Shown: positions 27,876 to 42,019 of the stretch, in pieces
Position numbering within the stretch: the stretch's first letter is position 1
Layout: each line of letters starts with the position of its first letter
Assembly: GCA_964016885.1 (NCBI GenBank)
Contig: OZ024742.1
Location: 99,324,001-99,388,000, forward strand
Source: Eledone cirrhosa
Lineage: Eukaryota
Length of the DNA: 64,000 nt
Direction of reading: 5' to 3'
Translations under genes and position numbers: made by a program
Notes under the pieces: model-generated
What the model saw: the letters and a program-made list of their open reading frames with translations, nothing else
What the model was told of the DNA's origin: nothing
Databases searched by the model: none

Positions 27876-27975
27876 ATAATTGTTTCTACGCTAGGCACAA
27901 GGCCAGCATATACCCAGTACATTACTGGTACTTTATTTTATCGACCCCGTAAGGATGAAAGGCAAAGTCAACCTT
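27876..27975 (-). mobile_element. SINE, truncated
   Basis: Tail and core only, bounded by (AAT)n. Confidence 0.85.
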
Positions 27976-27987
27976 AATAATAATAAC

Positions 27988-28017
<30 letters not shown>

Positions 28018-28019
<2 letters not shown>

Positions 28020-29965
28020 TTTCTTTATTGGCCACAAGGGCTGACATCAAGAAAAACATTACAGACGGCACAGGACGGTACGATGTGGGTTTTGTGCGTG
28101 TAAATATTTTTATTATTTATATAAGAAAAGAAAGAAAAAAGGACATAGAAACATATATATATATAAACAATAAAAATGAAAATTGAAACAATGAAAAATT
28201 TCCCAATAGGGGGGAAACCTCCGAGGGTTACTCGTGGCGAAAACCACACAAAAGACCACGGCCACCCTGACCTCCAGGGCTAGCGCCCTCTCTCAATTTT
28301 TCCATTTCTCAAACTATAGACGTATATTCTCGCTACATTCATCCACCTTTCAACAAACTTGCTAGAAGGCAGCACTTGCCTCTCCACCCTGATGTTCCTC
28401 TTCAAGTGAAACTTAAAAAAGTTAATTAGGGATTCGCCGAAGAGGAAAGTGTCTGTCTTTAACCCTTTTAACCTTATCCACCACACAATCTATTTCGCCA
28501 TGGCCACCAGGCAGATGAAAACCCTTGCCCTTCCTCCTCGAAGGAAGACGGCAAGACCATCTGCACAATGGACTCAGTCGACAACCGGATCAATCATACA
28601 CGCGACAGCAACTGTTCGACATAGCTCCACAAGTCAGCAATGCTCGGGCACTGAACGAGTGCGTGCACGACGGTTTCATCGCTCTGCGCGCATCTCAGAC
28701 AGGCTCGGCTAACGGCACTTCCGTGCCTGTAGAGCTTATCTCGAACCGGCAGCGCCTGCCGGTAGCACTGCCAGGCCAGGGGTTTTTGGAAGTTATCCAT
28801 AAGCTCAGGGCTGAAAGTTCTCCGGGAGAGAGCAAACAGCTGCTCTTCTTCGACGCTCAGGATCTCTCCGAGTATGTCGTCGCTCTTCCCTTCCACTAGT
28901 CATCTATAGAACGCCTTGGTGGATGTTCCACCGATACTGGTGCCCAGCTGGCAGGGGGCAGTGAGCGCCTGGAGACATTCCAGTTTCCAAGCGCTATCCC
29001 TCGGTCTTTTTCTGAGCCAGGACTGCAGCTCCGTCAAGGAGATGAGCTGTGGGAAAACGTGCCTGGCGAACGGCGACCACACCTGTTCACCATCAAGGAA
29101 GCACCAGAGATGTCGCAGCCTCAGCGCATGTTTGCGCATCATCAGCCATAGCATGCCCAGTCCTCCACGCAATGGGTGTTGACAGCAGATGGATCGTCTG
29201 ACCATAGGAGCGCGCCCCTTCCACAAAAAGCGGAAGAGGAGGCGCTCCATTTTGGTGAGAGTTGGGCTGGAGCAAGGGACGACGGTGAGGCGGTAGCAGA
29301 TGACAGATGCGATGTACGTATTCGCCACCTCCGCCCGGCCTTTCAGGGACAGCTTCCTCTCGGCCCATTTCTGGGTGAGGGAGGCCACCCTGCTCGTCAT
29401 CTCGTTCCAGTTTTTTTTCCGTCTGGAGGTCCGGTCCGAACCAGACCCCGAGCAATTTAACCGGTCCGTCCGTCCAACGCCCCACGACGCTGTCGGACGG
29501 CATGGACTTGCCTCTCCAGGTGCCGAGCTGCAAGCCCACCGACTTTTCCTGGTTTATCTTTGCTCCTGTCACCGCTTCGTATTCCTTGAGAGCGGTGCCG
29601 AGCATCTGGACGTGTCTTGTGCTCGACACCACCACGGTGACGTCGCCAGCGTAAACCGACTCGGATTTCCCGCATCCTAGTTCGCGTAGGACGCCCCTCA
29701 TCGCCCCCAGTTTGTGCAGTAACGGCTCCAGAGCCAATACGTACAAGAGCGACGAGAGGGGACAACCCTGGCGGACTGAGCGCATGATGCTGAACGGCTG
29801 CGACAGGTGACCGTTCACCCTCACAACTGAGGAGATGTCACTGTACATTGCTGCGATCCAACCCCTGAAAAGGGGCCCGAAACCGTCTGCCTCGAGGACC
29901 GCCGCCAGGTACCGATGGTCGGCCCTATCAAATGCTTTGGATTGATCCAAGTTGATCAGGGCCGC
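28018..29965 (-). mobile_element. Tx1/L1-clade LINE, 5'-truncated, second subfamily
   Basis: ALINLDQSKAFDR, RQGCPLS, YAGDV, KLLGVWF and CLRC..ETVVHALVQC; same CCTTGTGGCCAATAAA..(TTA)n 3' end as the first copy. Confidence 0.92.
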
Positions 29966-30299
29966 ACACATACGTATGTATATATATGTGCGTGTGTGTG
30001 TTCGTGTATACATTACATATATATGTGTGTGTGCGCGCTTTATATATTTTTTATATATATTTGTATGTGTATTTGGTGTATACATTCGTATGTGTGCGGA
30101 TACAGTCTTTGCGTGGGTTCTGTATATGCGTGCGGGTTCTTTTGTGTACGGGCTTGTATTTGTATACCTATGGCGAGTGTTTCGTGTATGCTTGTGTATG
30201 TACGGTTATGGATGCGTGTATGTATTTTTTTAATTTCAATTACCTCTGTATTTTATTTACTTTATTCTTAACTCTGACGCCGAGAATCATTCGGTTTCC

Positions 30300-30715
30300 T
30301 AGTTAGAATTTTAGTCTACAACTTCAGTTATACCATTTACGTGGTTTTGTCTTTGCGTGCAATTGTTCTACCGCCGCACATATGACGTATTATCTTCGTT
30401 TTTTCCGTTTTTTCCGTTCATTGCCAGAGAACGTCTCCATGAACCACCTAATAGAATATTAGTCTACGACTTCTTTTATACCATAAACGTGGTTTTGTCT
30501 TTGCGTGTAATTGTTTTTCACCGGTCCAAATAATTGTTTCTACTTTTGACACAAGGCCAGCAATTATCCCAGTGCATTACTGGTACTTTATTTTATCGAC
30601 CGCGTAAGGATGAAAGGCAAAGTTAACCTCGGCGGGATTTGAACTCCAAATAATGACGTATTATCTTCGTTTTCTCCCGTTCTTTGCCAGGGAACGTTTC
30701 CACGAACCAAAGTAT
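30300..30715. repeat. About 150-bp tandem duplication interrupted by a SINE
   Basis: 30304-30367 matches 30452-30515; 30382-30445 matches 30653-30708. Confidence 0.75.
30525..30654 (-). mobile_element. 5'-truncated SINE with 10-bp target-site duplication TCCAAATAAT
   Basis: TSD at 30525-30534 and 30645-30654. Confidence 0.9.
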
Positions 30716-30859
30716 CGTCTTCCTGTATTCCTACGGTTGCAACGTTTTTGAAATATTTACTTCTGCGTTCACAGATTGACTTTTTTAGTTTCAGAAGATC
30801 CCGTTAAGAGTGAAAGCAGCGATGTTTTGCTTAAACTTTAATCCGTTATTTTAATAAAT

Positions 30860-30913
<54 letters not shown>

Positions 30914-30914
<1 letters not shown>

Positions 30915-31128
30915 AGAAAAAAACGAGGAAGTTTCGTTTACATATGAAAATTAAGCGACAAAACATACGTTTTTGTTGCATCACCAGTCTGAGAAGCAGA
31001 TCAATACTGGAATCGGGTCCATAACTCTTATGGGTCACCTTGAGCCATTCCTCTGCAAACCGCCCGTAACAGGTCGATACGCAATAAATATTTCTCATAT
31101 CTAAACGAAACTTCCTGGTTTTATTCTA
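30914..31128. repeat. Short inverted repeat unit next to (AT)n
   Basis: Arms 30914-30947 and 31095-31128. Confidence 0.7.
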
Positions 31129-31318
31129 CTATATACATTCTGCCTGTGCTTAAAATGCTTGATTTAGTACCAACACCAGTATTTCACCGTACTATCTACG
31201 CTATATATATAAATATATATATATGCGTGTGTGTGTGTGTGTATGCATATATATATAAATATACATATTATATATATATAATATATTTTGTAAAAAAAAC
31301 CTCACTTTTTAATATATG

Positions 31319-31353
<35 letters not shown>

Positions 31354-31450
31354 CTGTGTGTGTGTGTGTGTGTGTGTTTAATGTTAGCTATCATGCTTCC
31401 ATAGGCGGTATGCCAGTTGAGCACTCTATGTTCTTACAGAGCAGAGTGTG

Positions 31451-31741
31451 ATATAATATAAAACGAAAAATCTGTGATGCATCTGGACTCAGTTTATTGT
31501 GTGTTACAATTGATTCGCCAGCAGATAGCTCGAGGCAGGATCATTGTATGGATCTGTCTGATTCTAGATCTGCAGGTTCTTGGGACACATGCAACACCTT
31601 CGGAAAGTATTGCATGTGTCAGATCTAGAATCAGACAGATCCATACAATGATCCTGCCTCGAGCTATCTGCCGGAGAAACAATTGTAACACACAATAAAC
31701 TGAGTCCAGATGCATCAATGATTTTTCGTTTTATATTATAT
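31451..31741. repeat. Near-perfect 290-bp fold-back with an inner hairpin
   Basis: Arms 31451-31571 and 31621-31741; inner stem GACACATGCAA/TTGCATGTGTC. Confidence 0.9.
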
Positions 31742-31756
31742 ATATATATATTTATA

Positions 31757-32342
31757 TATGATAGAATTGGTTGAGGACTTCCTGTATTTGGGAGCAAAGA
31801 TTGGGAATACGGAAGATGAGGTGGTTAGGAGGAAGAGCAAAGCCTGGGCGGCGTGCCACAGCTTGAGATCGGTGTGGAAGTCGGACCTTCGTAAAGACCT
31901 GAAAATCCTCCTCTTCATTGCTGTAGTGGAGTCTGCGCTGCTGTACGGGTCTGAGACTTGGACACTGACCAAGAAACTCACCCAGATGGTGCATGGATGC
32001 TACATGAGAATGCTGAGGATGGCTCTGAACATTAATCAGTATACACTGAGGATGAAAAACTCAGAGCTGTATGGGAGCCTCCCAAAAGTCAGCTCAAAAG
32101 TGACACAGAGGAGAATGAGTTTGGCTGGACATGTTCACCGACATCCATAGTTGACATTGCACTCAGTGGTCCTGTGGGAGCCCCTGCATGGATACACTGG
32201 AAGAGGTAGACCGAGGTTAACATATGTTGATGCCCTAAGGACAGACACTGGTCTGTTGGAGACGCAGGACATGGCAGCGATAATGAGGGACAGAGACCGT
32301 TGGAGAGAACTCGTCCATTGATCTCGGGAATTTTACCCGTCC
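31757..32342 (+). mobile_element. RTE-like LINE 3' fragment, same family as 7137-8002
   Basis: FLYLGAKIG..VESALLYGSETWTLT; matching 3' end. Confidence 0.9.
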
Positions 32343-32349
32343 TAGAATA

Positions 32350-32508
32350 TATAAGGAAAAAAGATGAAATCGAAAATGCAACTGGAGTCTTTTTTTTTTT
32401 AAATATATATTTATTTGGTTCCTTTACCGGTAAAGGAACCAAATAAATATATATATATTTTTTTAAAAGACTCCAGTAGCATTTTCGATTTCATCTTTTT
32501 TCCTTATA
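32350..32508. repeat. Spacer-less palindrome centred on ACCGGT (32426-32431)
   Basis: Arms are reverse complements; one arm recurs at about 43767-43810. Confidence 0.9.
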
Positions 32509-32775
32509 CTTTCACTCGTGTAGGACACCTCGATTATTTTTCATTTTGTAAAAAAAACCTCACTTCCTAATAGATATATATAAAACCAGCGCTTACTCTA
32601 GCATCTACACCCGAGAGGACGAGAACGAAAAACTTGTTGACGAAGTAAACTCCATTGTTCTATCTTCAAAAAACCATTAACTTGCAGACCCCTGCAAGTG
32701 GATTTTATCGATTTCGGATTTACAGAAATCTAGCGGAGATATTATAGATTATATGTGATGTATATGGTATATATT

Positions 32776-32956
32776 ATGGCAGTATCGGTAGAGGGTCAGA
32801 CGCCATGCTTTCCAGCATAGTTACGTCCCTTAACGATCTGAGTTCAAATCCCGCCGAGGTTAACTTTGCCTTTCATCCTTACGGGGTCGATAAAATAAAG
32901 TACCAGTAATGTACTGGGTTCTTGCTGGCCTTGTGCCAAAAAGTAGAAACAATTAT
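32776..32956 (+). mobile_element. tRNA-derived SINE
   Basis: A and B boxes, core and tail present. Confidence 0.9.
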
Positions 32957-33326
32957 ATGTTGTGTATGATGTCGACGTGATGGTCCAGGTTTGTCAAAAT
33001 ATTTTTCCTGAGTTCAGTCTTTGTCGTCGCTATGGTCACTGCGGCCCTTCTATCGGTCGCTGTCTTCAATTTGCAAAGCTGTTTAAACGTAATGTTATAA
33101 CTCTAAACCACGGCTTCGTTGATGGTGTACTAAATTTTGTATATATATATATATATAAATAACATGAGAAGAAAGAAGAATACTGCGTGGTTTGCACATG
33201 GGTTACATATGATAAAAATAGTCCTTCGTCAGTGATTTCCCAACCATCATTGTTATTTCATATATATACATACATACAGACAAACATACAAATATGTATG
33301 TACGCACACACACACTCACACACATA

Positions 33327-33419
<93 letters not shown>

Positions 33420-33464
33420 ATACATATTTGTAAGTTTGTGTGTATGTATATATATATATATATA

Positions 33465-34350
33465 TAATGAAAAATTGAACAGGGACAGAACAGAGAGGCA
33501 GTACGATAAATGTTTATTAAATTCACGCTCAGGAGAGTGGGGGGTAGGTGGAGGACGACGTTTCGGGCATAAGCCCTTCTTCAGGTGAGAGTTCAAAAGG
33601 TGTGTAGGGGAGTGGTGGAGAGACATATAGCGAAAGGAAACGGTGCGAATGAAAAATTAACAAATAAAGACAAAAATATAATAAATAATAAATAAAAATA
33701 AAGCATGATCAAAATACAAGGAATGAGAACATTTAAAAATAAAGGCATGATCAAAATAAACTGAAATTAAAAGGGGGGGTAAACAGGTGGTGGAAGGGTG
33801 TGGGGTGAGTAGAGGTGGTGGCGGGTGGAGTGGGGAGAGGGAGACGGGGTGTCCGAGCGGGGAGGGCTGAAGGTGGTGTGTGTGGTTAGGTGTGCGTGTG
33901 TGTGTGTGTGTATGTGAAAGTGAGGGTTGGGGGAAGAACGGGGTTGCATGTTCAGGAAGGTGTGTGTGGGGGGTGTTTTTGTGTGTCGGAGGGTCTGTGC
34001 GTGTGTGGATAGGGGGTGGGGGGAGAGGAATTAGGGGGCTGAGGGTGTAAATATGTGGTGGGAAGCACGTGTGTGTGGTTTAAGCGTGTTGTGGGTGTGG
34101 GTGGCGTGTGGATAAAAAAAATTGTTTTGGGATGTGTGTGTGGGTGAGTTATATAGGTGATGGTGTAAGACGATGGTTGAAAGTGGTAAGTTACACGGAT
34201 GTATGGAGATTTTGGTTGGAAGTCAAAACGCGTGTGGGTAATCCAAGAAGCGGTGGTCGGAAGAGGAGAGATGTGGGGTGCGCGCGCAACAGGAAGTGGT
34301 CAGCAGTGGAAGTGCTGTGGTCAGTTGGTGCTGAGACAGTGGTCGGAAGG
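33465..34350 (-). mobile_element. Probable PLE 3' end / pLTR, decayed
   Basis: CA-rich 3' region, minimal hammerhead followed by AATAAA, ending in (AT)n; possible GIY-YIG C-terminal remnant (ADHFL). Confidence 0.55.
33554..33587 (-). ncRNA. Minimal PLE-type hammerhead ribozyme
   Basis: Reverse complement: CAC-CTGAAGA-A-GGGC-TTAT-GCCC-GAAA-CG-TC-GTC; palindromic ACGT stem III; GUC triplet; short stem I. Confidence 0.75.
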
Positions 34351-34666
34351 GCATAGCAGCAGTCAGCGGAATGGTAGGAAGGCGAGGATGGGTAGGTGTG
34401 AGAGTTGGAGTGAGGAGGGTGTGTGTGTGTATTAGTAGGGGTGTTAGTGGGATGAGTGAGTGTGGAGTGGGGAGAGAAGGGGTGTGTGGTTCTATGGAGG
34501 GAGTGTGGTGTACTGGTGTGTGTGTAGTTTGGTGAGGAGGTGTTAGTGGGTGTTAGTAGATGGGTGGAATGCAGGTGTGAGTGGGGGTTAGTGGGGGTAG
34601 GGTGTGTAGAGTTGGTGGTGTACGAGGGTGTGTGGGTACGTGTGCGTATATATATATATATACATG

Positions 34667-34697
<31 letters not shown>

Positions 34698-34822
34698 ATA
34701 ATATATATATGTATATATACATACACACACACGCGCGCACACGCACATATATATATATATGTGTGTGTGTGTGTGTAAATACATATTTGTATGTTTGTTT
34801 GTATGTGTATACATATATATAT

Positions 34823-34945
34823 ATTAATTGTTTCTAAATTTGGCACAAGGCCAGAAATTATCACAGTGCATCACTGGTACATTATTTTATCGACTCCGTA
34901 AGGATGAAAGGCAAGGTTAACCTCGGCTGGATTTGAACTCAGATC
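34823..34945 (-). mobile_element. SINE, truncated
   Basis: B box, core and tail on the minus strand. Confidence 0.85.
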
Positions 34946-36340
34946 ATATGTGCCTGTGTGTGTGTGTAAACGTATATAGAAAAACAGTACATCTTTACAC
35001 ACACATATACATGGAGTCTCACATGCAGGAATATTACAGGCATATACAGACTTACACAAAGAGCCGATTGTGTAGTGAATAAAAGAAAGATTTTAGTAGT
35101 GGGAAGAGGTAATGAAGAAAAAAAAGAGGGATGGAACCTGGATTCTTAAAATTCATAATGAACTAGGTCCTTCCATGACAGATATGACATACATATCTCT
35201 CCACTCAGATGGAGACAACAACACTAACATCATCATCTAACCACCTTCGTCCCCTCCGGCAAACCTCCCTCCACACGCACCACCAATTCTCTGCTGCTGC
35301 CCTACCAACTTAATGAGGACAATACGCATTGGGGCAGCTATATAGCATTATTAACACGGTGTCGAGAGCCACCTGCAGACACCAGTACGAACAACAACAA
35401 AATAATCACAATTATATACGGATCACAACCACAACCATCACAAACATCAACACCACCAAGAACAACAACAATAAAAACACGATCAGCACCACCAACAAAA
35501 TCGTCAGTGCTACTGCCACTACCACCAATCTTACACACAATCCCACATCTATGACCACCTCCACCGTTAAAACAACTACCACATACAATAAAAATATAAC
35601 TAGCACCCCCGTTAACAGAGATCATCACTGCCACCACCATGAACAATTACATCAGTAACAACACAATACTACAACCACAGATGCGCCATGTTAATTAGGA
35701 CACACACCATGTCACAGCAGTACATAATTATACCATCACCCAAGCAGCCGCACTCCACCACTACAAGGCTAATTAGAACTCCCAATATCTCCCTCCCACT
35801 CATATATAATTTTGTCATCCACATCTTTCCAAACATACAACACAACACAAAACACTTCTTATCTTACCTTATCACCAACACAAACGTATGTAGTATCAAA
35901 CACAACCATGACAACTACCACTACAGACACAACATACATCATGTGTGTGTTGGGACTCCATCGGCCTTGAGAATGACTTTTCCATTGATTTGAATAAAGA
36001 CAATCTGACTGTGAAATTAGCTTTCAAGTTGTTGAATATTGCACAGACACGTGTACCCTGAAAATATTACTGAGCGGGTTTCAGCTTAACACTGTGTGTC
36101 ACGCGTCTGCCTTTTTGTATTTTAGGTACATTCCATATTGTAAAATAGTTTGACGTTGAGTATTCGACAGACACGTGTACCCTTAATGTAGGTTTCAGGT
36201 AGATTGAGCGTTATACAATATGAGGCAGTTCCCCCGTTTGAATTGCAGGTACAATCTATGTTTGCCAGCTAGACGTCAAACAATATATTTTCTTCGTATC
36301 TGCATAAATTTTGTATATATAAATTCAAAATTCAGAATTA

Positions 36341-36361
36341 TCTATATATATAAAACTGAGG

Positions 36362-36441
<80 letters not shown>

Positions 36442-37000
36442 CCCTAAAACTCGAGTACCCAACCGATTTTTTTCAAACTTTGCATGTGCATTACTTATCT
36501 TTTAGGGATTGTTATGCACATTAAAAAATTCAACTTTTTGATCCCCTAGGGCCTGCATTAGGTGAAAAACTGCGTTTTTTTCAGCTTCTTAGGGGTTTTT
36601 TTGAGGTGTTACGTCAGACCGATTTCCTTGAAACTGTAACTATGTATTAGTCAGTGTCTTCTTCATACCGTGAGCAAAGAAAATCAAAACTTTTTTATGG
36701 CCTAGGGGCCGCATTAGAGCTTTTTGAGGCGTTACGTCTAGCTGATTTTCCCGAAATTTCAAGGCATCTTATGCACATAAAAAAAAATTCATTTTCTTGA
36801 TCCCCTAGGCACCGTATTAGGTGAAAACCTGCATTTTTCCTGCTTCATCGAGGAAGATCTTAAAGATTATTCAGCCATCAGAGTATTCGGTTTATTTTCT
36901 TTACATATTGTCCAGGCATGCAGTTTTTCCACGATTAGGTCTGTTGGCGGCTAGCGTTCCAAAATACCTTATCCCGTGCAACGCCGGGTACCACTGTTAG
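36341..37000 (+). mobile_element. Non-autonomous Helitron, complete
   Basis: A|TCTATATATATAAAA 5' end, (GT)n tract, subterminal hairpin CCCG-TGCAACGC-CGGG (36973-36988), 3' end TTAG|T (CTAG variant); inserted between A and T with no TSD. Confidence 0.9.
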
Positions 37001-37044
37001 TTATTGATAAAAGAAATGTTTAAAATGAAATTATATTTGATAAT

Positions 37045-37332
37045 ACTTGTTTCTACATCTGGCACAGGGTCAGCAATTTGAAGGGGAATTGAAAGTCGAT
37101 TAAGTTTACCCCAGTGCATTACAAGTACTTTATTTTACCGATCCTGTGTGGATGAAAAGTAAAACAGACTTCGGGCTATTTGAACTCAGATAATAATGAT
37201 TTCTGATATTTGGCACGCCAACAATTTTAGGGGAGGGGAAGGCGATTAAATCGACTGTATTATTAGTACTTTATTTCATCGACCCCGTATGAATGAAACG
37301 CAAAGCAAGACTTGGTGGTATTTGAACTCAGA
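37045..37332 (-). mobile_element. Two tandem older SINE copies
   Basis: Two diverged core plus TTTGAACTCAG segments at 37045-37190 and 37195-37332. Confidence 0.75.
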
Positions 37333-37749
37333 TAACAATAATAAGAAATGATGACATAAAATTATGATAATTAATTTAAGTGAACGTAAAAGGAAAATTG
37401 TATCACAATGTTTAATCCATTCCATTGGGTGCAAGAACACGTTCTGTTGATGAGAACGACAGCTTGTTCAATTGTGTATGCTGATTACCGGAGATTGCCG
37501 AATTCCTGTTACAATAAGAGAGAGATAAAACGAAAGAATGTTCTAAGATTTAGCAGTGTTCCCCCCTGACAGTATCGATAAGCATCATAGCAACACAATT
37601 ATAAGAAATATAAAAATGCCATTCTTTGACTGATAGATATTGACACACGAATGATTATTCTGAAAGACAAATTTGGCCACGGTATGTTTTGGAAACGGAA
37701 CATGAAGGGGTGTAAAATAATTTCTCTTCCTACATCTTTCTCTTTTCAA

Positions 37750-39150
37750 GCAACATTTACCTACATATGCACCCGGACTAGCTAGGAAAAAAGATTTACG
37801 AGACATCAACGCTTGTATTATTAAAATTACCAAACTTTCGCAGTGAAATAATACAACATCTATCATATCCTGTTTCACTGAAATCGCATTTAAGAACAGG
37901 ATCAAAATCACATAGTTTCATATTATTGATGTTTATCCCCTTATTTGTAGGATTGTTCTTAATAACGTTATTGAATTTCCTCGTTATTTTGTATACATCA
38001 GCGACATGGAATATGACCTAACATTCCAAGTCCGTAGAGTCCAAATATTTTGTTACAGTACTACTTGGGTAAAAACATCTGTCCCTGATGACTCTTTTGG
38101 CGTCTCTGTGGGGTCCTATTGCAGAACTGATGTTTGTATTGATATTGACTTATACATTCTTCGTACGCTAAAGTCTAAATTCCCCGTCCACTCCTTTGGG
38201 CCATATCACGTCGATGGTTTTTCTTTTTCACATGATTGTAATGGACACACATTGGACAGATTCCGTACGAAATTGCTTGATAAGCTTCGTGCACTAAGAT
38301 TTAAGATTACGGTTCATACAAATCTTATTAATGCAAATATCCTCCATGTAAACTTAGACCTCCCCCAGAGCTTTGTATAAACCATACCATAAGCCTAACA
38401 AAATTGAAATATATTAATAAAGCCTCTTATCACATATATGTTTTTAAAAAACCTTGTTTCTAATAGGAGTATTAGGATCACAAATAACAAAAGGGGACAT
38501 TTTCGATATGGCTGCGCCTTACTACAACCAACCCCTCCAAGATAGTGGTTTTAAGGACAACATTAAGTCACACCCAATCATTCCAAACACAACCATACTA
38601 AAATTACTAACAGAAAAAGAAGAATTATCTGGTTCGCACCCCCTTTTCGCTTCAAATAAAGACTAATGCGGGTATGAAATTCTTAGATATAATAGACAGA
38701 CATTTCCCCAAAACATAGATACAGTAGAATATTCAATCGCAATTCCGTGAAGATATTCTATTCATGTGGTCCGTCTACGAGATCAAATATTGCTACAAAG
38801 AATGTAACCCACGTAAATCCAAGCTGCACTTGTAGCATTTAAGAACTCTTTCCAACAGAAATGTCACATCAAATCCGTTGTGTAAGTAGCAGTGATTACA
38901 AACAACACCACAGTAAATTCTGAAGTTAGCGAAAATTACGTCGGTATGGCTGGGGATCGTTTTAAACAACCATTTTACTTGCATCACCACACCTTCAGGA
39001 GTTCTGACATGAAAACCTATACAGCTCTGGCAAGTAAAGGGGAAATATTACTTTGAAGATATTTGAAAGACACCAATGATACCAAGAAATGTCGTCTCTG
39101 TTGTAGTTCATGCCAAGTCCCAGGCGGAGTGAATAACGGCATATTTGGGG
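37750..39150 (+). pseudogene. Ancient Penelope-like RT plus GIY-YIG, heavily decayed
   Basis: Remnants VGSYCRTDVC..LYIL, GPYHVDG (GLYRDDG-like), KPYHKPN, IWFAPPF, FLDIIDRHFP, IFNRNSVKIFYSC and YVGMAGDRFKQ. Confidence 0.75.
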
Positions 39151-39288
39151 GTTTTGGATTGTACTATGGGAGCACATGCTGCTGCATAGATTTTGACAGA
39201 TATTTCGTAGTACTTCGATTGAGGTAGGCTCTGTGTGTGCGCGTGTTCGTACCTCCTTGTGTACGTCTTCCTTTCTCTCTCTCTATAT

Positions 39289-39456
<168 letters not shown>

Positions 39457-39467
39457 TATATATATAT

Positions 39468-39603
<136 letters not shown>

Positions 39604-40044
39604 ATCACCTCGTTCTGGGTAGAACGAAAACCTGTTGAAAAACTGAATCCTCTGTTCGATCATGAATACCACAAGCTTGCCAGTCACGTAAGTCTGATAT
39701 TTGATTTCGGATTCAAAGAAACACTTTAAACGTATAATCGTTTGATTTGTCCAGGTGTATTTTTTTCAACCTGTTAGTTCTATCGTTACTTTGGTATATT
39801 ATTGTGTGTTAGATTTTGCCTACCACAATGTTCGATTTGTCAAGCTATTTAAACGTATGTTATTACTCTAAGGACCTACCTTATCGAGTGCTTTGCTAAC
39901 TCATCATTTCATATAAGTAGGCCAAATTTGCTTGCAAACCGCCAGAGATTCGATTTTACTAAATTTCCAATTATATATATATATGTTTGTAAATGATAGC
40001 TGCAGACTCGTATTCGAGCATTGCCATCGCCCGATAAAATACTC

Positions 40045-40420
40045 AAGAATGTGAGGCACGAATGTGGGTCTTTAAACCAGCCAAAGACTTGCACCTTCTA
40101 GCACATACATGGCAACTGTAGACTCTTCTGGGACTTTCCATTGCTTTGTTCTGGCTGTGCGTTCTCATGTGTCTTTTAAGACCTCACATGCTAACACATT
40201 CTTTGCCACATTCCTTACGCCTTTTCAGATCATACTCTACATGAGGTCTACTGGTATGACTTTGTTCGTTTGTAATCAAACCAGCTTTACTCAGCAGACT
40301 CAACATCAATGCTGACAAAACAAATGACGCTCAGCAGCAGGGAGTTCAGAACAGTCTCTTTTCCTCACTTTCCTTTTCAGTGTTAGGTGTTCTCTCCGAC
40401 GGATTTCAGATTTTTCGTAG
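40045..40420 (-). pseudogene. Decayed C2H2 zinc-finger coding remnant, probably an RTE-clade LINE C-terminus
   Basis: Reverse complement gives basic KRKVRKR, then LFCQH.., KECGKECVSM*GLKRHMRTH and YSCHVCARRCKSLAGLKTHIRASH, with stops. Confidence 0.6.
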
Positions 40421-40499
40421 TACTTGGATTGAGGTGAACTGTGTGTGCGTGCTATGTGCATGCTTGTGTATTGCATGGTTGTGTATGTCTTCCTCCCCC

Positions 40500-40530
<31 letters not shown>

Positions 40531-40561
40531 TGTATATATACATATATGTGTGTGTGTGTAA

Positions 40562-41000
<439 letters not shown>

Positions 41001-41132
41001 GCATATATATATATATATATATATATACATACATAAGTTAGGGATTGTAAGTTCATAAATCGCGAAACGGTCGTCACACATCAATAAATGTCATGGAGAT
41101 CTAACACCTCGCCTTTTTTTATTAGTATAAAT

Positions 41133-41250
<118 letters not shown>

Positions 41251-42019
41251 ATATCTCTATCAATATATATAGAGAGCGGGGAGAGCGGGAGAGAGATGAG
41301 AGAGAGGGATCGATAGATAGATAGATAGGTATTCGTGCGTAAACACATATATATATACACACATAGATATAGACAGAAAGAAGAGAGATATGAAAAGGAG
41401 AAGAAGTAAAGATGAAACAACAACGAAAGCATTAGTTGGGACAGCAGTAAAGGAGTGTATTACAAATATTCCAGATACTTGAGGTAATTAGTGTCTACTT
41501 AGATCCCGTTACTGCTCAGATATATGTCCTTATAGAGTTCCCTAGGTCTTTGATGTCAGAGATGGTCTGTTAACAAGTGAAACCACAAGAGACGGCCGTA
41601 CATGTGATATGGGTTTGGGTAGCGACGATATAGGCACGAATATATGTATGTGAGTGTGTATGTGAGTATGTTAGTATGTTATATACACGCACACATACAC
41701 AAACACATGATATATACATATATATTTATGTACGCATAAATGTATCTGTTTAGCGATAACGACAGGAGTGTTATATGTTTTATGTCTATGTATCTGTCTG
41801 TCTGTGTCTGTGTATTTGTGTGTGTATACATGCATTTATGTATATGTGTGATGACGTATACAGTACAGAAGGATCTGCATTTTTAATGACAAGGAAATAT
41901 GAGTGTGCTCCTCTAGAGTTCATATACATTGGTATATTCTCACACATACACATAGGTACATCCACACTTATATATGTATACTCCCCTCCCCATATATATA
42001 ATATATATATATATATATA

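Noticed and set aside
33170-33240. Minus-strand CTGACGA hammerhead-like start
   Set aside because: No intact GAAA partner; at best a decayed remnant.
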